64,000 bases of DNA from a virus, in the IMG/VR virus record IMGVR_UViG_3300045988_103931, positions 10,801-74,800 of that record, one strand, 5' to 3'. Shown here in pieces: positions 33,700 through 44,137 of the stretch (positions are counted from its first letter, which is position 1; each line of letters begins with the position of its first letter). The notes beneath the pieces were generated by a model that worked only from the letters and a program-made list of their open reading frames with translations, was not told the DNA's origin and ran no database searches. The position numbers were made by a program, and so were the translations under genes.

Positions 33700-34608
33700 A
33701 TGGAATACGACGTAACAATAGACAGAGAATCATGGATCGGCGGCAGCGATGTGGGAGCGATAATGAATTTAAGCCCATTCAAAACAAGATACACGTTGCT
33801 TCTTGAAAAAGCAGGACTTAAAGAAATCGAATCAATTCCAACACGTTACACGGTGTATGGAAACAAAATCGAAAGCAAAATCAGAGATTATATCAACGAG
33901 ACTTATTCAACGAATTTCCAACCGAACCGCAAATATTCTGGTGACTTGCGGCTACACTGCGACGGCGATAACGGAGATGAAATTCTTGAAATCAAGTCAA
34001 CGTCACATATCTATGAAGACGTAAACGACTACAAATTATATCTTGTTCAGTTGCTTCTTTACACCAAAGAATACGGATACTCTCATTGTAAGTTGGCGGT
34101 GTATAACAGACCAGAAGATTTGAACGAAACTTTTGATTCTTCAAGACTGCAAGTGTTTGAGATAGATTTGAACGATTACGCTGACCTAATCGCTGAAATC
34201 TATAGCGCACTGGATTTGTTCAGAAAAGACCTTGCACGGCTTAAAGAAAATCCGCTTTTGTCTGAGGAGGATTTTCAGCCAACAGAAGTTATAACTTTAT
34301 CTAATCAAGTGCTTGCATTCGAAAGAAAGATAGCAGAATACAAGGCACTTGAAGAAGATTACAAACGAGTTAAACAGCAACTTTATGAAGCAATGCAAAA
34401 GCACGATGTAAAGAGTTGGACTACCGTAAACGGCGTTAAAGTTACGAGAGTTGACGGTTCAGAACCGATAACCGAAACGGTAACGGAGTTTGACGAAAAG
34501 CAATTTAAAAAGGATTGCCCAGACGAATACGAAAAGTATTGTGTTACACGAGAAAAGAAAGTTAAGGGTAGAAGTGGCTTTATAAAAATTACACTGCCTA
34601 AAGGCTAA
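33700..34608 (+). CDS. YqaJ-like PD-(D/E)xK recombination exonuclease
   Basis: WIGGSDVGAIMNLSPFKTRYTLLLEKAG and DGD..DEILEIKST. Adjacent to the SSAP. Confidence 0.75.
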   Translation: MEYDVTIDRESWIGGSDVGAIMNLSPFKTRYTLLLEKAGLKEIESIPTRYTVYGNKIESKIRDYINETYSTNFQPNRKYSGDLRLHCDGDNGDEILEIKSTSHIYEDVNDYKLYLVQLLLYTKEYGYSHCKLAVYNRPEDLNETFDSSRLQVFEIDLNDYADLIAEIYSALDLFRKDLARLKENPLLSEEDFQPTEVITLSNQVLAFERKIAEYKALEEDYKRVKQQLYEAMQKHDVKSWTTVNGVKVTRVDGSEPITETVTEFDEKQFKKDCPDEYEKYCVTREKKVKGRSGFIKITLPKG

Positions 34609-34623
34609 AGGAGTAGATGACAA

Positions 34624-34875
34624 ATGTATAAAGGAATTAGCTATAATGTGGAGTTCAAATCACGTCCAAAGAAATCTAAATACAATATGGAGTTTGCTGC
34701 AACGCATGATTTTCTTGCTTCTGATCACAAGAATGTATGCCTTGAATACAACGACCAGAGAGAAGTTAAAAATGCGTATCAAGCGATATATGCTTATATA
34801 CAAAAAGCGCGTCAGCCGTTAAAAGTGGCAACGCGCGGAAAATGCATTATCATCACAAAAGAATCGAAAGAATAA
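34624..34875 (+). CDS. hypothetical protein
   Basis: AAAGGAG SD. Confidence 0.55.
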   Translation: MYKGISYNVEFKSRPKKSKYNMEFAATHDFLASDHKNVCLEYNDQREVKNAYQAIYAYIQKARQPLKVATRGKCIIITKESKE

Positions 34876-35105
34876 TGGATAGAAAAAAATACTTGGATAT
34901 GTGTTGCGAATGCTCAAAGCTGCCGAAAGGCATAATGGGCATTCCAAGGCAAGTTCCGGAACATCTCATAATAAACTACAATGATATATCGTTTTATCCC
35001 TATCAGTATATATTGTCTTATGACAACGGGCAGATCAAACATTATGCAGTATTGCACGATTTACGAGCAAACAGTGTGGTACAAGCCGATTTAACGAGAT
35101 TGTGA
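34875..35105 (+). CDS. hypothetical protein
   Basis: TAATG overlap at 34873-34877. Confidence 0.5.
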   Translation: MDRKKYLDMCCECSKLPKGIMGIPRQVPEHLIINYNDISFYPYQYILSYDNGQIKHYAVLHDLRANSVVQADLTRL

Positions 35106-35117
35106 GGTGAAACGACA

Positions 35118-35312
35118 TTGACACAGTACGAAAAAATAGAACGCTTATACAATGTTAAACTTGAACGCTACATCAAAAACGGAATTGAAATTTCCGATGA
35201 ACTGAATGATGTTTTGTATGAAGAAGCAATTCAGGAAACGCTCGCAAAGTGTTATATCAATGAGAAAGGGCGGATAAATGGAAATAAAGTTAGACGGCAA
35301 AAAGATACTTGA
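35118..35312 (+). CDS. hypothetical protein
   Basis: TTG start after GAGGTGA. Confidence 0.5.
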   Translation: MTQYEKIERLYNVKLERYIKNGIEISDELNDVLYEEAIQETLAKCYINEKGRINGNKVRRQKDT

Positions 35313-35508
35313 AGAAGCTATGGCAAATGTTGAACTTGAAATTGGCATGACGCTGAAAGAAGCGGTGGAGAAGCAGATTCCGAAAGAGCCGCTACCCTAT
35401 AAAGGGTGGGAGGGGAAATGCCCTACTTGTGGAGTGATATTTGTTGATAGGTTGACAAATTATTGTGGTAATTGTGGTCAAAAACTTTTGTGGAAACGAG
35501 GTGATTGA
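35278..35508 (+). CDS. Zn-ribbon protein
   Basis: CPTCG...CGNCG. Start ambiguous (ATG 35278 or 35320). Confidence 0.5.
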   Translation: MEIKLDGKKILEEAMANVELEIGMTLKEAVEKQIPKEPLPYKGWEGKCPTCGVIFVDRLTNYCGNCGQKLLWKRGD

Positions 35509-35790
35509 ATGGGCTGTAACTGCAAGGATATGCAACGGGAAATAACCGATTACAAAAAGCAGATCGATGATTTAAGAGAATGCTTTATCAAAAGAATGAC
35601 CGTTGACAGCGAAACGAACGACCGCCGCCGAGAAGATTATAATGAAGCGATATTTTTTGATAACGGCGCGGGAGAATACAAGCAAGTATTTTGCGATACA
35701 ACAATGGAAATGGTGCTTGATTGTTTTGACAATGCCGTTAAAGATTGGCGAAAACATTTCTGTGATGTAGAAAATTGCAATAGGAAATGA
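35509..35790 (+). CDS. hypothetical protein
   Basis: TGAATG junction. Confidence 0.55.
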   Translation: MGCNCKDMQREITDYKKQIDDLRECFIKRMTVDSETNDRRREDYNEAIFFDNGAGEYKQVFCDTTMEMVLDCFDNAVKDWRKHFCDVENCNRK

Positions 35791-35799
35791 GGTAAGTAA

Positions 35800-35954
35800 A
35801 TGAACTACACGGCGAAAATGTTAAAAGCTCTGTATGATATCATCGAACTGCTGAAAGACATTAAAAGGCAGAACAATACCATCATTCACAGGCTTGAAAG
35901 CATTGACGAAATTAACGCAGAAGCGCATGGATATGTGTTAAAGAAGGATAGCGA

Positions 35955-35958
<4 letters not shown>
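35800..35958 (+). CDS. small hypothetical protein (52 aa)
   Basis: Below the track cutoff. GAGGTAAG SD. ATGA overlap with the next gene. Confidence 0.45.
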
Positions 35959-36953
<995 letters not shown>

Positions 36954-36982
36954 TGCGTCATCATGAAACATTATGGCAATTT

Positions 36983-37047
36983 GTGAACAGTGATTTACAT
37001 TTTGTTTACAAAATAATACAGAATCAATACCTCTCACGCGGTATAAT
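36983..37047 (+). promoter_or_regulatory. conserved promoter/operator cassette, copy G
   Basis: GTGAACAGT-GATTTACA-TTTTGTTTA, ACAGAAT, ATACCTCTCACGCGGTATAAT. Confidence 0.6.
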
Positions 37048-37077
37048 ATAGATACAAAGAAAGAGAGGTAATACAAC

Positions 37078-37380
37078 ATGACAAACGCAGAAATCATCTA
37101 CAGAACAAGCATAGACCTTGTAAAAGCAGGTAAGTTGAACATGGTAACGGTGAACGGAGAAGAAATGCCCGAACCGATACATACATTTCAGGCGTGGAAG
37201 TCAATGGGCTACAGCGTAAAGAAAGGAGAAAAGTCAGATATAAAAATCACGATTTGGAAACACGCAAGCAAGATGGCTGAGAACGAAGAAACGCATGAGG
37301 AAACAGAAAAATCCTCAATGTTTATGAAGACAGCGGCATTCTTCAAATTCTCTCAGGTAGAAAAGATTAAAGCTAATTAA
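37078..37380 (+). CDS. ArdC-N-like ssDNA-binding domain protein (tentative)
   Basis: HTFQAWKSMGYSVKKGEKS resembles the F..W...G..V.KGEK motif of the ArdC/DUF1738 N-terminal domain. Confidence 0.4.
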   Translation: MTNAEIIYRTSIDLVKAGKLNMVTVNGEEMPEPIHTFQAWKSMGYSVKKGEKSDIKITIWKHASKMAENEETHEETEKSSMFMKTAAFFKFSQVEKIKAN

Positions 37381-37420
37381 CCGAGCGGGAGCGGTTATTC
37401 TCCCGTAGAAAGGTTTTAAA

Positions 37421-38047
37421 ATGAGTAAGTTTAAAGTTGGAGACAGAGTTAGGAATATTGGCTATGCATGTGACGGACTGAGCATTGGAGACACGGGGAC
37501 GATTGTAGGGGTTATAAAAGACTCTGTAGCTCATTGGGATTACGCTGTGCAACTTGATAAAGGACGATGGAATTTCCATAATTGCGGCGGCAAGGCGAAA
37601 AACGATCATGGTTTGTATTTCTATGAAAAAGACCTTGCACTGATAGAAGGTGAACAGGAATTCAAGTTAATTATCACGTCAAAGGGTGATGGAACAACGG
37701 CAAAACTTATACACGGCAAAGAAGTTGCACGTGAAGTCGAAGTAAAACGCTACCATAAAGACGAATACAGCGAAAGAGCGGCAATCGCAGCAGTTGTGGA
37801 TAAGATGTTTCCCTCGGTGTTGACAAGTAAACAGCCGAAGATATATTTCACGGGGAAAGTGGTGTGTATTGAGGATAACCCTAATCACGCATGGACATTA
37901 GTGCCGAATTTCCGTAAAGGTTGCATATACGAAATAGACGACGGAATTTTAATGGGCGAAAGGGCAGGCGGGATTCTGTGCATTGTTAATGTAGAGGACT
38001 TAAACACAAGAAGCGAACGTTACAAATTCATTGAGCTAAAGGAGTGA
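37421..38047 (+). CDS. hypothetical protein
   Basis: Preceded by the hairpin-SD element (37387-37413). 208 aa. Confidence 0.6.
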   Translation: MSKFKVGDRVRNIGYACDGLSIGDTGTIVGVIKDSVAHWDYAVQLDKGRWNFHNCGGKAKNDHGLYFYEKDLALIEGEQEFKLIITSKGDGTTAKLIHGKEVAREVEVKRYHKDEYSERAAIAAVVDKMFPSVLTSKQPKIYFTGKVVCIEDNPNHAWTLVPNFRKGCIYEIDDGILMGERAGGILCIVNVEDLNTRSERYKFIELKE

Positions 38048-38050
38048 GCA

Positions 38051-38248
38051 ATGAAAAAAACAGTGAATGAATGCGTGGATTGCGGTTTACCTTGTTTGGG
38101 CAAAAGTTGCCCGAACTACTCCGTAACACGTTATTATTGCGACAAATGCGGAGACGAAGCACCGTTGTATCATTATGACGGAAAAGAATTATGTATCGAA
38201 TGTATCAAAGAATTATTAGAGAAAGTTGAGGGCAGTGAAAATGCTTAA
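38051..38248 (+). CDS. Zn-ribbon protein
   Basis: CVDCG..CLGKSC...CDKCG. Confidence 0.55.
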   Translation: MKKTVNECVDCGLPCLGKSCPNYSVTRYYCDKCGDEAPLYHYDGKELCIECIKELLEKVEGSENA

Positions 38249-38672
38249 CAAATGGATTGGAATGGGAAGACTTACAGCAAAACCGGAGTTAAAAACAACT
38301 CCGAGTGGAACAAGCGTGACATCGTTCACTATCGCCGTTGATCGCGATTATAAGTCTCAGAACGGCGAGAAAGCAACAGATTTTCTGAACATAGTTGCTT
38401 GGAGACAGACAGCGGAATTTATCACCAAATACTTTGACAAGGGAAATCTTATTTTGATTGAGGGGTCAGTCAATGTGCGCTCATACGAAGACCAGAGCGG
38501 TCAAAAACGCTATATAACTGAGATAATGGCAGATAAGGCACAATTCACTGGCGAAAAGAAAGAAACAACACAGAAAGCAGCGTATACGCCTGAATCTTAT
38601 TCGGCAAACACTAAGCAGGAGAGTGCGCCGCAATTTGAAGAGATAAAAGATGACGAGGATTTGCCGTTCTGA
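38241..38672 (+). CDS. ssb: single-stranded DNA-binding protein
   Basis: MLNKWIGMGRLTAKPELKTTPSG.SVTSFTIAV OB-fold N-terminus and acidic tail DDEDLPF. Confidence 0.9.
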   Translation: MLNKWIGMGRLTAKPELKTTPSGTSVTSFTIAVDRDYKSQNGEKATDFLNIVAWRQTAEFITKYFDKGNLILIEGSVNVRSYEDQSGQKRYITEIMADKAQFTGEKKETTQKAAYTPESYSANTKQESAPQFEEIKDDEDLPF

Positions 38673-38803
38673 TACATCAGAACAGCGTGTGGACGTATTT
38701 AATGCGTGACAGGTACAAATAACAGGGCGAAGAGAAATGCGCTTACAAAGCGTTAGAGAAGATTGTAGGCTGTCCTAACAGGCTTAACGGGGAGAAGAGA
38801 AAA

Positions 38804-39253
38804 ATGAAAAAGAATTTCAAAACATTGATTGAGTGCGCACCGTTAATTGCAGCCGCTTGCATAGTGGGAATATTATGGTTTGATGGCGCAGAATCGACAG
38901 TAGCAGAATCAAATATAAGCGAGAGCGTAAAACAGGAAACACACGTTGAACTTTCTGTTAAAGAAACGCTTGCTGAAAAGAACGCACGCAAAAGCGCGGA
39001 AATGTATATTAAGACTGTGCCGCTTTCGTACAGCGGTTTAATATCTCAGTTAGAGTTTGATGGATATTCCAAAGAAGAAGCCACCTACGGAGCGGATCAG
39101 TGCGGCGCTGATTGGTTTGCAGAAGCTACAGAATGCGCACAAAACTATCTTGACACTATGGGAATGTCACGGACGGAGTTGTATAATCAGCTCGAATACG
39201 AGGGGTTCACCGATGAACAAATAGAACACGCGCTCGAAGAAGTTGGTTATTGA
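38804..39253 (+). CDS. Ltp-like surface lipoprotein (superinfection exclusion candidate)
   Basis: Signal peptide/lipobox LIAAAC. Two repeats of the Ltp-type module (SGLISQLEFDGYSKEEATYGADQ / RTELYNQLEYEGFTDEQIEHALEE). Confidence 0.65.
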   Translation: MKKNFKTLIECAPLIAAACIVGILWFDGAESTVAESNISESVKQETHVELSVKETLAEKNARKSAEMYIKTVPLSYSGLISQLEFDGYSKEEATYGADQCGADWFAEATECAQNYLDTMGMSRTELYNQLEYEGFTDEQIEHALEEVGY

Positions 39254-39326
39254 CGTTTAAGGTGATACGAAATGAAACTATTTACAAATAAGTAATAACA
39301 TAACGAAGAAATGTTAATAAAGTGTT

Positions 39327-39455
39327 TGGTATAATTTCATTACAAGGTTGTAGTTAGAAGTTGCGGTCTGGCTACGACTAAGATGAATAACTGCAACCTT
39401 AGCCTTTGGGGTATATCGAGCCGCAACCTTGATATATTCCGAAGGTTTTTATTTT
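39327..39455 (+). promoter_or_regulatory. extended -10 promoter plus structured leader/attenuator upstream of the replication genes
   Basis: TGgTATAAT (39327-39335). Repeated AAGGTTG / GCAACCTT segments allow alternative pairings. AACCTT-N11-AAGGTT plus TTTTTATTTT at 39425-39455. Confidence 0.45.
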
Positions 39456-39471
39456 GAGAGGGTGAATAAGC

Positions 39472-40344
39472 ATGGGAATAAAAAGGGTTGTAGATGTGGA
39501 TTTTTGGAATGACGAAAAAGTCATGGATATGTTTTCGCCAGAAGACAAGCTGTTCATGCTTTATCTTCTCACGAATCCGCATACAACACAGCTTGGTATA
39601 TACGCAATAAATCCCAAACACATGGCATTTGAAATAGGGTATAGCGTAGAGGTTATAAATGTATTGCTTGACAGATTTGAAAGCAAATACGGAATGATAA
39701 AGTATTCGACACAGACAAAAGAAATTGCTATAAAAAACTTTTTGCGTCACAGCATTATCAAAGGTGGCAAACCTGTTGAGGATTGCTTATTAAAAGAGTT
39801 GGCAAAGGTCAAAGATAAGTCATTGCTTCAATTTGTGTACAACGGAATAAGCGGCAAAGAATCATTGAACGTGACCGTAAAGAAAATTCTCGTAATCTTA
39901 AATAATGAAATTCAAAATGAAAATGAAAATGATAATGATAATGAGAATGAGAATGAAGTATCGTACCACGATACGCTAACGAATCGTGCCACGAATCGTG
40001 AAGAACCCAAAAAAGAGGAAAAAGAAGTCCGTCATAAATATGGTGAATACAAAAATGTTTTGCTCTCAGACAATGATATGGAAAAGCTCAAAGCAGAGTT
40101 TCCGCAAGACTATAAGGAACGTATAGAACGGTTGAGCGGATACATAGCACAGTCGGGAAAAACATATAAAAGTCACCTTGCGACAATAAGAAACTGGGCA
40201 AGAAAAGATAAAGAAAAGAACACACAAACCAACACGCAGACAATAAACGGAAAAGAATATGAGTTGAAAAACGGCAAATATTATATTAAAGGCGGTAGCG
40301 GGATAGCGGTTGACCCGTATGCAAAAGACGAATTGCCTTTTTAG
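39472..40344 (+). CDS. replisome organiser (DnaD-like replication initiation protein)
   Basis: N-terminal FWNDEKVMDMFSPEDKLFMLYLLTNPHTTQLGIY phage replisome-organiser block. Low-complexity NENEND linker carrying iterons. C-terminal YKSHLATIRNWARKD DnaD-type motif. Confidence 0.75.
   Translation: MGIKRVVDVDFWNDEKVMDMFSPEDKLFMLYLLTNPHTTQLGIYAINPKHMAFEIGYSVEVINVLLDRFESKYGMIKYSTQTKEIAIKNFLRHSIIKGGKPVEDCLLKELAKVKDKSLLQFVYNGISGKESLNVTVKKILVILNNEIQNENENDNDNENENEVSYHDTLTNRATNREEPKKEEKEVRHKYGEYKNVLLSDNDMEKLKAEFPQDYKERIERLSGYIAQSGKTYKSHLATIRNWARKDKEKNTQTNTQTINGKEYELKNGKYYIKGGSGIAVDPYAKDELPF
39917..40000 (+). repeat. iteron block, copy 2 (putative origin inside the organiser gene)
   Basis: Same AATGAN hexamer run and gaatgagaatgaagtatcgtaccacgat as 5453-5505. 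Followed by three ~12-bp repeats with ACGA(T/A)(A/T)CG core (CACGAATCGTG is the reverse complement of CACGATTCGTG in copy 1). Confidence 0.75.
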
Positions 40345-40357
40345 GAGAGTGTAGACA

Positions 40358-41224
40358 ATGGCTCTTGAAAGCATAATAGAGAACATGATCGAAAGGTCAG
40401 GGCACGTTATACCACGAAACGAGGGTGACTATATCGGAGAAGATGGTCTATTATACTGCGGGAACTGTCACACACGGAAACAAACAGAAATAGAGGTGTT
40501 TGGCAAGAAACGCCGTCCATATTGCCTTTGCAAATGCGAAATGCGGAAAAAGGAGGAACAAGAAAAAGCAGAAAAAGAAGCTATAAAACAAAAAGAGTTT
40601 CAGGAACAAGTCAAAAAAATGCGTAGTGTAGGATTTCCAGAGGGCGACAAAATGGCAAACTGGACGTTTGAAAACGATGATATGGCTAACAAAGTCTTAA
40701 CAGAAGCAATGAAAAACTATGTCGCTAATTTCAAAGAGATGCAAGAACGAGGTAAAGGGTTGCTTTTGTGGGGAGAAAAAGGGACAGGAAAAACATTCGC
40801 CGCTTGCGAAGTAGCAAATGCTTTGATTGATAAAGGCTATCCCGTGTTAGCCACTAACTTTGCAAGGCTTACGAATACGTTACAGGGAATGTATGAGGGG
40901 AAGCAAGATTACATAGATAACCTTAATAAATTTGCACTTTTGGTTATTGACGATCTTGGCGCAGAACGTAAAACCGATTTTATGCAAGAAATGGTTTGGA
41001 ATATCGTTGACAGCCGAAGCAGAGCGGGATTGCCTATGATAATAACCACAAACCTCACAATAGATGAAATAAAAAATCCTGACGGAATAGGGTGCGGCAG
41101 AATATACGACAGAATAATAGAACGCTGCCATCCCATTAATGTGAAAGGAGTGAACAGAAGAAAGAAAAAGGCAGGAGCGGAATATCTTGATATGCAGAAA
41201 TTGCTTGGGCTGACCGACAACTAA
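40358..41224 (+). CDS. DnaC/IstB-like AAA+ helicase loader
   Basis: LLLWGEKGTGKTF (Walker A), LLVIDDLGAE (Walker B), N-terminal CGNC Zn-motif. Confidence 0.85.
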   Translation: MALESIIENMIERSGHVIPRNEGDYIGEDGLLYCGNCHTRKQTEIEVFGKKRRPYCLCKCEMRKKEEQEKAEKEAIKQKEFQEQVKKMRSVGFPEGDKMANWTFENDDMANKVLTEAMKNYVANFKEMQERGKGLLLWGEKGTGKTFAACEVANALIDKGYPVLATNFARLTNTLQGMYEGKQDYIDNLNKFALLVIDDLGAERKTDFMQEMVWNIVDSRSRAGLPMIITTNLTIDEIKNPDGIGCGRIYDRIIERCHPINVKGVNRRKKKAGAEYLDMQKLLGLTDN

Positions 41225-41238
41225 CGAAAGGAATAAAA

Positions 41239-41463
41239 ATGAACGAAAAAATAAAAGAAGAACTGGATGCTGAGGATTTGTACGCATATATGACTGAGAA
41301 CTTCCCTGATTATCCGTGTAAAAAATGCGCAAAAAGCAACAAAATGCAATGTGCAACGGCGGTGAGAAAAACAAATGGATGTTTAGCCTATGAATTGTGG
41401 TTTAAATACACATGGCGAGAAATCCGAAATGCGTTGAAAAGGAGCGGAAATGAGAAAGCATGA
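41239..41463 (+). CDS. hypothetical protein
   Basis: AAAGGAA SD. 74 aa. Confidence 0.55.
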   Translation: MNEKIKEELDAEDLYAYMTENFPDYPCKKCAKSNKMQCATAVRKTNGCLAYELWFKYTWREIRNALKRSGNEKA

Positions 41464-41689
41464 AAAAGAACTTGCTTACATAGAAAAGCAGCTTAAAAAA
41501 GCAAAAATCCATTACAAGACAGCAACAAAGCAAAATGATCATGTGGGAGCGGAGAATCTCAAAAATACTATAGGGATTCTTGAAAACATAAGAATTGCTT
41601 TGGGCGGTGACGTTGGCGTTGAAAATTGCCCGATGTGCGGGAGTATGTATTGTGTTGATAATCCTCACAAATGCGGAAAGGATGTGTAA
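41450..41689 (+). CDS. hypothetical protein with C-terminal Cys motif
   Basis: AAAGGAGCGG SD. CPMCG..C. Confidence 0.55.
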   Translation: MRKHEKELAYIEKQLKKAKIHYKTATKQNDHVGAENLKNTIGILENIRIALGGDVGVENCPMCGSMYCVDNPHKCGKDV

Positions 41690-41795
41690 TAAATGGCTGA
41701 AAGATGTGTTTGCTGTGGTAAAGAAATTCCCGACGAACCGCATGATAGAGTTTTTGTGTGGAATGTTCTTTGCTGTATATGGGAGATAAGACACC

Positions 41796-42101
41796 ATGAA
41801 AGTGAAAATACCTCCGAAGTTAACTAATAAACAAGAAAAAGCAATGACGGTTGAAATTAACCGTCAAATAGTGGAACAACAGAAAGCGTGGGATAGAGCT
41901 TATGAAGCAATGATTGCTTATACGTTGTATGCTCACTATGGCTTCACCTGCAAGAAACTGTTAAACTTCCGAAAATTCTTTAAGCAGGAATATAAAGAAC
42001 TTCAAGAAAAATTTTTGATGGATGATACATACCCCGCAGAGTATGAGCTAAAAAAGATTGGGTATGATGTTGGAAAGATTATGGAGAACGACAATGATTA
42101 A
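41796..42101 (+). CDS. hypothetical protein
   Basis: 101 aa, co-directional. Confidence 0.55.
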   Translation: MKVKIPPKLTNKQEKAMTVEINRQIVEQQKAWDRAYEAMIAYTLYAHYGFTCKKLLNFRKFFKQEYKELQEKFLMDDTYPAEYELKKIGYDVGKIMENDND

Positions 42102-42291
42102 AACACGCAATACATACTATCGCGCAGCAAATCAACCGCAAATATTAAGCAAAGAAAAGAAGCACGCAAAACGCAAAGAAAAAAACTATGAATCGGTGCA
42201 AATATGTTTGGACTGCACCAAAAAGAAATGTTGCGGCACAAAAGAATGCTTTGAGAGGATGAAAAGCAATGACACGAAAGAAAGCGATTAA
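42094..42291 (+). CDS. hypothetical basic protein
   Basis: ATG 42094 with GGAGAA SD. Confidence 0.5.
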   Translation: MIKTRNTYYRAANQPQILSKEKKHAKRKEKNYESVQICLDCTKKKCCGTKECFERMKSNDTKESD

Positions 42292-42454
42292 GCACCTTAT
42301 GAGCATAGGATACTCCATAAATGACGCACGGAGTATTGTCTGTTACGGAAATGCTCACGGAATGACCAATTTTGATGTTGCCGTAAGCTCATATAAAATA
42401 GCAAGAGAACTTGATTTAGACCCCGCAAATTGCAAAAGAGTTTTAAGAGGATAA
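42269..42454 (+). CDS. hypothetical protein with MTRKKAIKHLMS N-terminal module
   Basis: N-terminus paralogous to 23357 and 23791. Confidence 0.5.
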   Translation: MTRKKAIKHLMSIGYSINDARSIVCYGNAHGMTNFDVAVSSYKIARELDLDPANCKRVLRG

Positions 42455-42458
42455 AACA

Positions 42459-43202
42459 ATGATTAAAGTAGAAAACATTGAAGTCTTTGGTTGGGAAGCT
42501 GCTATTCGTGGTATGAGGAATCCAATGAACTCATGGGAGAAAAGTGATAGCAGATGGTACTCGATAGGAACACCGGGGACTAATCCAGCAGCCGACAACG
42601 ATAGATGTTTAAGAGAAAAATATTGTATCGGTGAAAATGATTTGAAGCTCATGAAGAACCTCCGAAAAGCCGGAACAGACCATAGGAAGTACCTTCGCAT
42701 GATTAATGTAACTATGGATATAACAGCACCGCTGTACTGGTGGAAAGAGTACGATACATACAAAATCGGAACAGTTGCGAATTCATGCTCAACTATTCAT
42801 AAGATAGCGGATAAAGAATTTACGTCGGATGATTTTAGTCATGAGCATTTACTAAATATGACTAATAATGACGCAGGAGATGCTATTTTTCTTAATGACG
42901 CACCTAACATCAGAGTAGATGCTGACGATCTTATGGGGTTGATAATCAACGTCCTTAACTACTATCGAAGAAGATACCTCAAAACCAAAGATAAGCGTTA
43001 TTGGTGGCAGCTTATCCAGCTTCTTCCTGCATCCTATAATCAGCGTCGAACGGTTCAGCTCAATTATGAAGTTCTTTTGAATATGTACCATGCACGAAAG
43101 AATCATAAACTTGATGAATGGGTTGAGTTTTGCAAAGTCATAGAAGTACTGCCATATTTTAAAATCATTTGTTTGAACAATGAGGATATTGAGAATGTAT
43201 GA
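42459..43202 (+). CDS. divergent ThyX-like (FAD-dependent thymidylate synthase family) protein
   Basis: GTDHRKYLRMINVTMDITAPLYWWKEYDTYKIG..NSCSTIHK parallels the ThyX core, but the canonical RHR..S motif is not evident. Confidence 0.45.
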   Translation: MIKVENIEVFGWEAAIRGMRNPMNSWEKSDSRWYSIGTPGTNPAADNDRCLREKYCIGENDLKLMKNLRKAGTDHRKYLRMINVTMDITAPLYWWKEYDTYKIGTVANSCSTIHKIADKEFTSDDFSHEHLLNMTNNDAGDAIFLNDAPNIRVDADDLMGLIINVLNYYRRRYLKTKDKRYWWQLIQLLPASYNQRRTVQLNYEVLLNMYHARKNHKLDEWVEFCKVIEVLPYFKIICLNNEDIENV

Positions 43203-43698
43203 CGAAAGTCTTGTTACAGATAATTTAAACCTCGCACGATATGTTGCAAGAAAGTATCTCAACACTGGAATGGAATACGATGATTTAGAATCAATTGCTT
43301 TCATAGGACTTATAAAAGCGGCTAAAAGTTTTGATGAAAGCAAAGGCTATACATTTTCTACATATTCTGTACGTTGTATCGAAAACGAGATAAGATACTG
43401 TCTGAGGAAGAAAAGCATACGCGCCGAATCATTAGAAGAACCGATACAAGACAATCAGATTCTCGCCGACACCGTTAAAGATGAAACTGATACTTTGGAT
43501 GAATTTGTAATAAGAGAAACGTTGAAGTGTGCAATAAATGAATTAAATGATAGAGAAAGATTTATCGTTAATATGCTTTACTTCAAAAATCCACCGTTGA
43601 CGCAACAGGAAGTTGCTCAAAAATTAAACACAAATCAATCTCAAGTGAGTAAAACGCTCAAACGCGCGTTAAATAAGATTAGGGAATATGTGACGTAA
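43195..43698 (+). CDS. sigma-70 family sigma factor (regions 2 and 4)
   Basis: DDLESIAFIGLIKAAKSFDESKGYTFSTYSVRCIENEI (region 2). LTQQEVAQKLNTNQSQVSKTLKRALNKI (region 4 HTH). Confidence 0.85.
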   Translation: MYDESLVTDNLNLARYVARKYLNTGMEYDDLESIAFIGLIKAAKSFDESKGYTFSTYSVRCIENEIRYCLRKKSIRAESLEEPIQDNQILADTVKDETDTLDEFVIRETLKCAINELNDRERFIVNMLYFKNPPLTQQEVAQKLNTNQSQVSKTLKRALNKIREYVT

Positions 43699-43717
43699 TG
43701 AAACATAAAACGATGAG

Positions 43718-44122
43718 GTGATACGATTGCTATATTTTTTCGCCATAAGAAGAAAACTGCCGTCTCTCAATACCGTAATATCCAAAAACAGAACAAATAG
43801 ATATATGGGCGCAAAATTCAAAGCGGATATTGAAGAAGCTATCGGTTGGGATATTAAGCAAGCGTTGACACAACACACGTTAGAGCCTATCACAGAACCG
43901 TGTGATATATTGATAGACTTCTATGAATCCACAATCCGTAGAGACGTAGATAACATACAGAGTGCACAGAAATTCATTCTTGACGCTATGGTAAAAAACG
44001 GAGTGTTGAAAAACGATAATCGAAAATGGGTTAAACAGATATATCACGAAATCCATGATGATTCAGAAGATTGGGTTAACGTGACAATAAAATCAGCAGG
44101 AAAAATGAAAATTGTTATTTAA
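43718..44122 (+). CDS. rusA: RusA-family Holliday-junction resolvase
   Basis: RRDVDNIQSAQKFILDAMVKNGVLKNDNRKWV is typical of RusA. Start is GTG 43718 or TTG 43727 after GAGGTG. Confidence 0.75.
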   Translation: MIRLLYFFAIRRKLPSLNTVISKNRTNRYMGAKFKADIEEAIGWDIKQALTQHTLEPITEPCDILIDFYESTIRRDVDNIQSAQKFILDAMVKNGVLKNDNRKWVKQIYHEIHDDSEDWVNVTIKSAGKMKIVI

Positions 44123-44137
44123 AAGAAAGGGCTAAAC

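Noticed and set aside
41693-41827. 44-aa ORF MAERCVCCGKEIPDEP... resembling the small CxxC proteins common in phages.
   Set aside because: It overlaps the start of 41796-42101 and has no clear SD. The second Cys pair expected in that family is missing. It is too uncertain to call.
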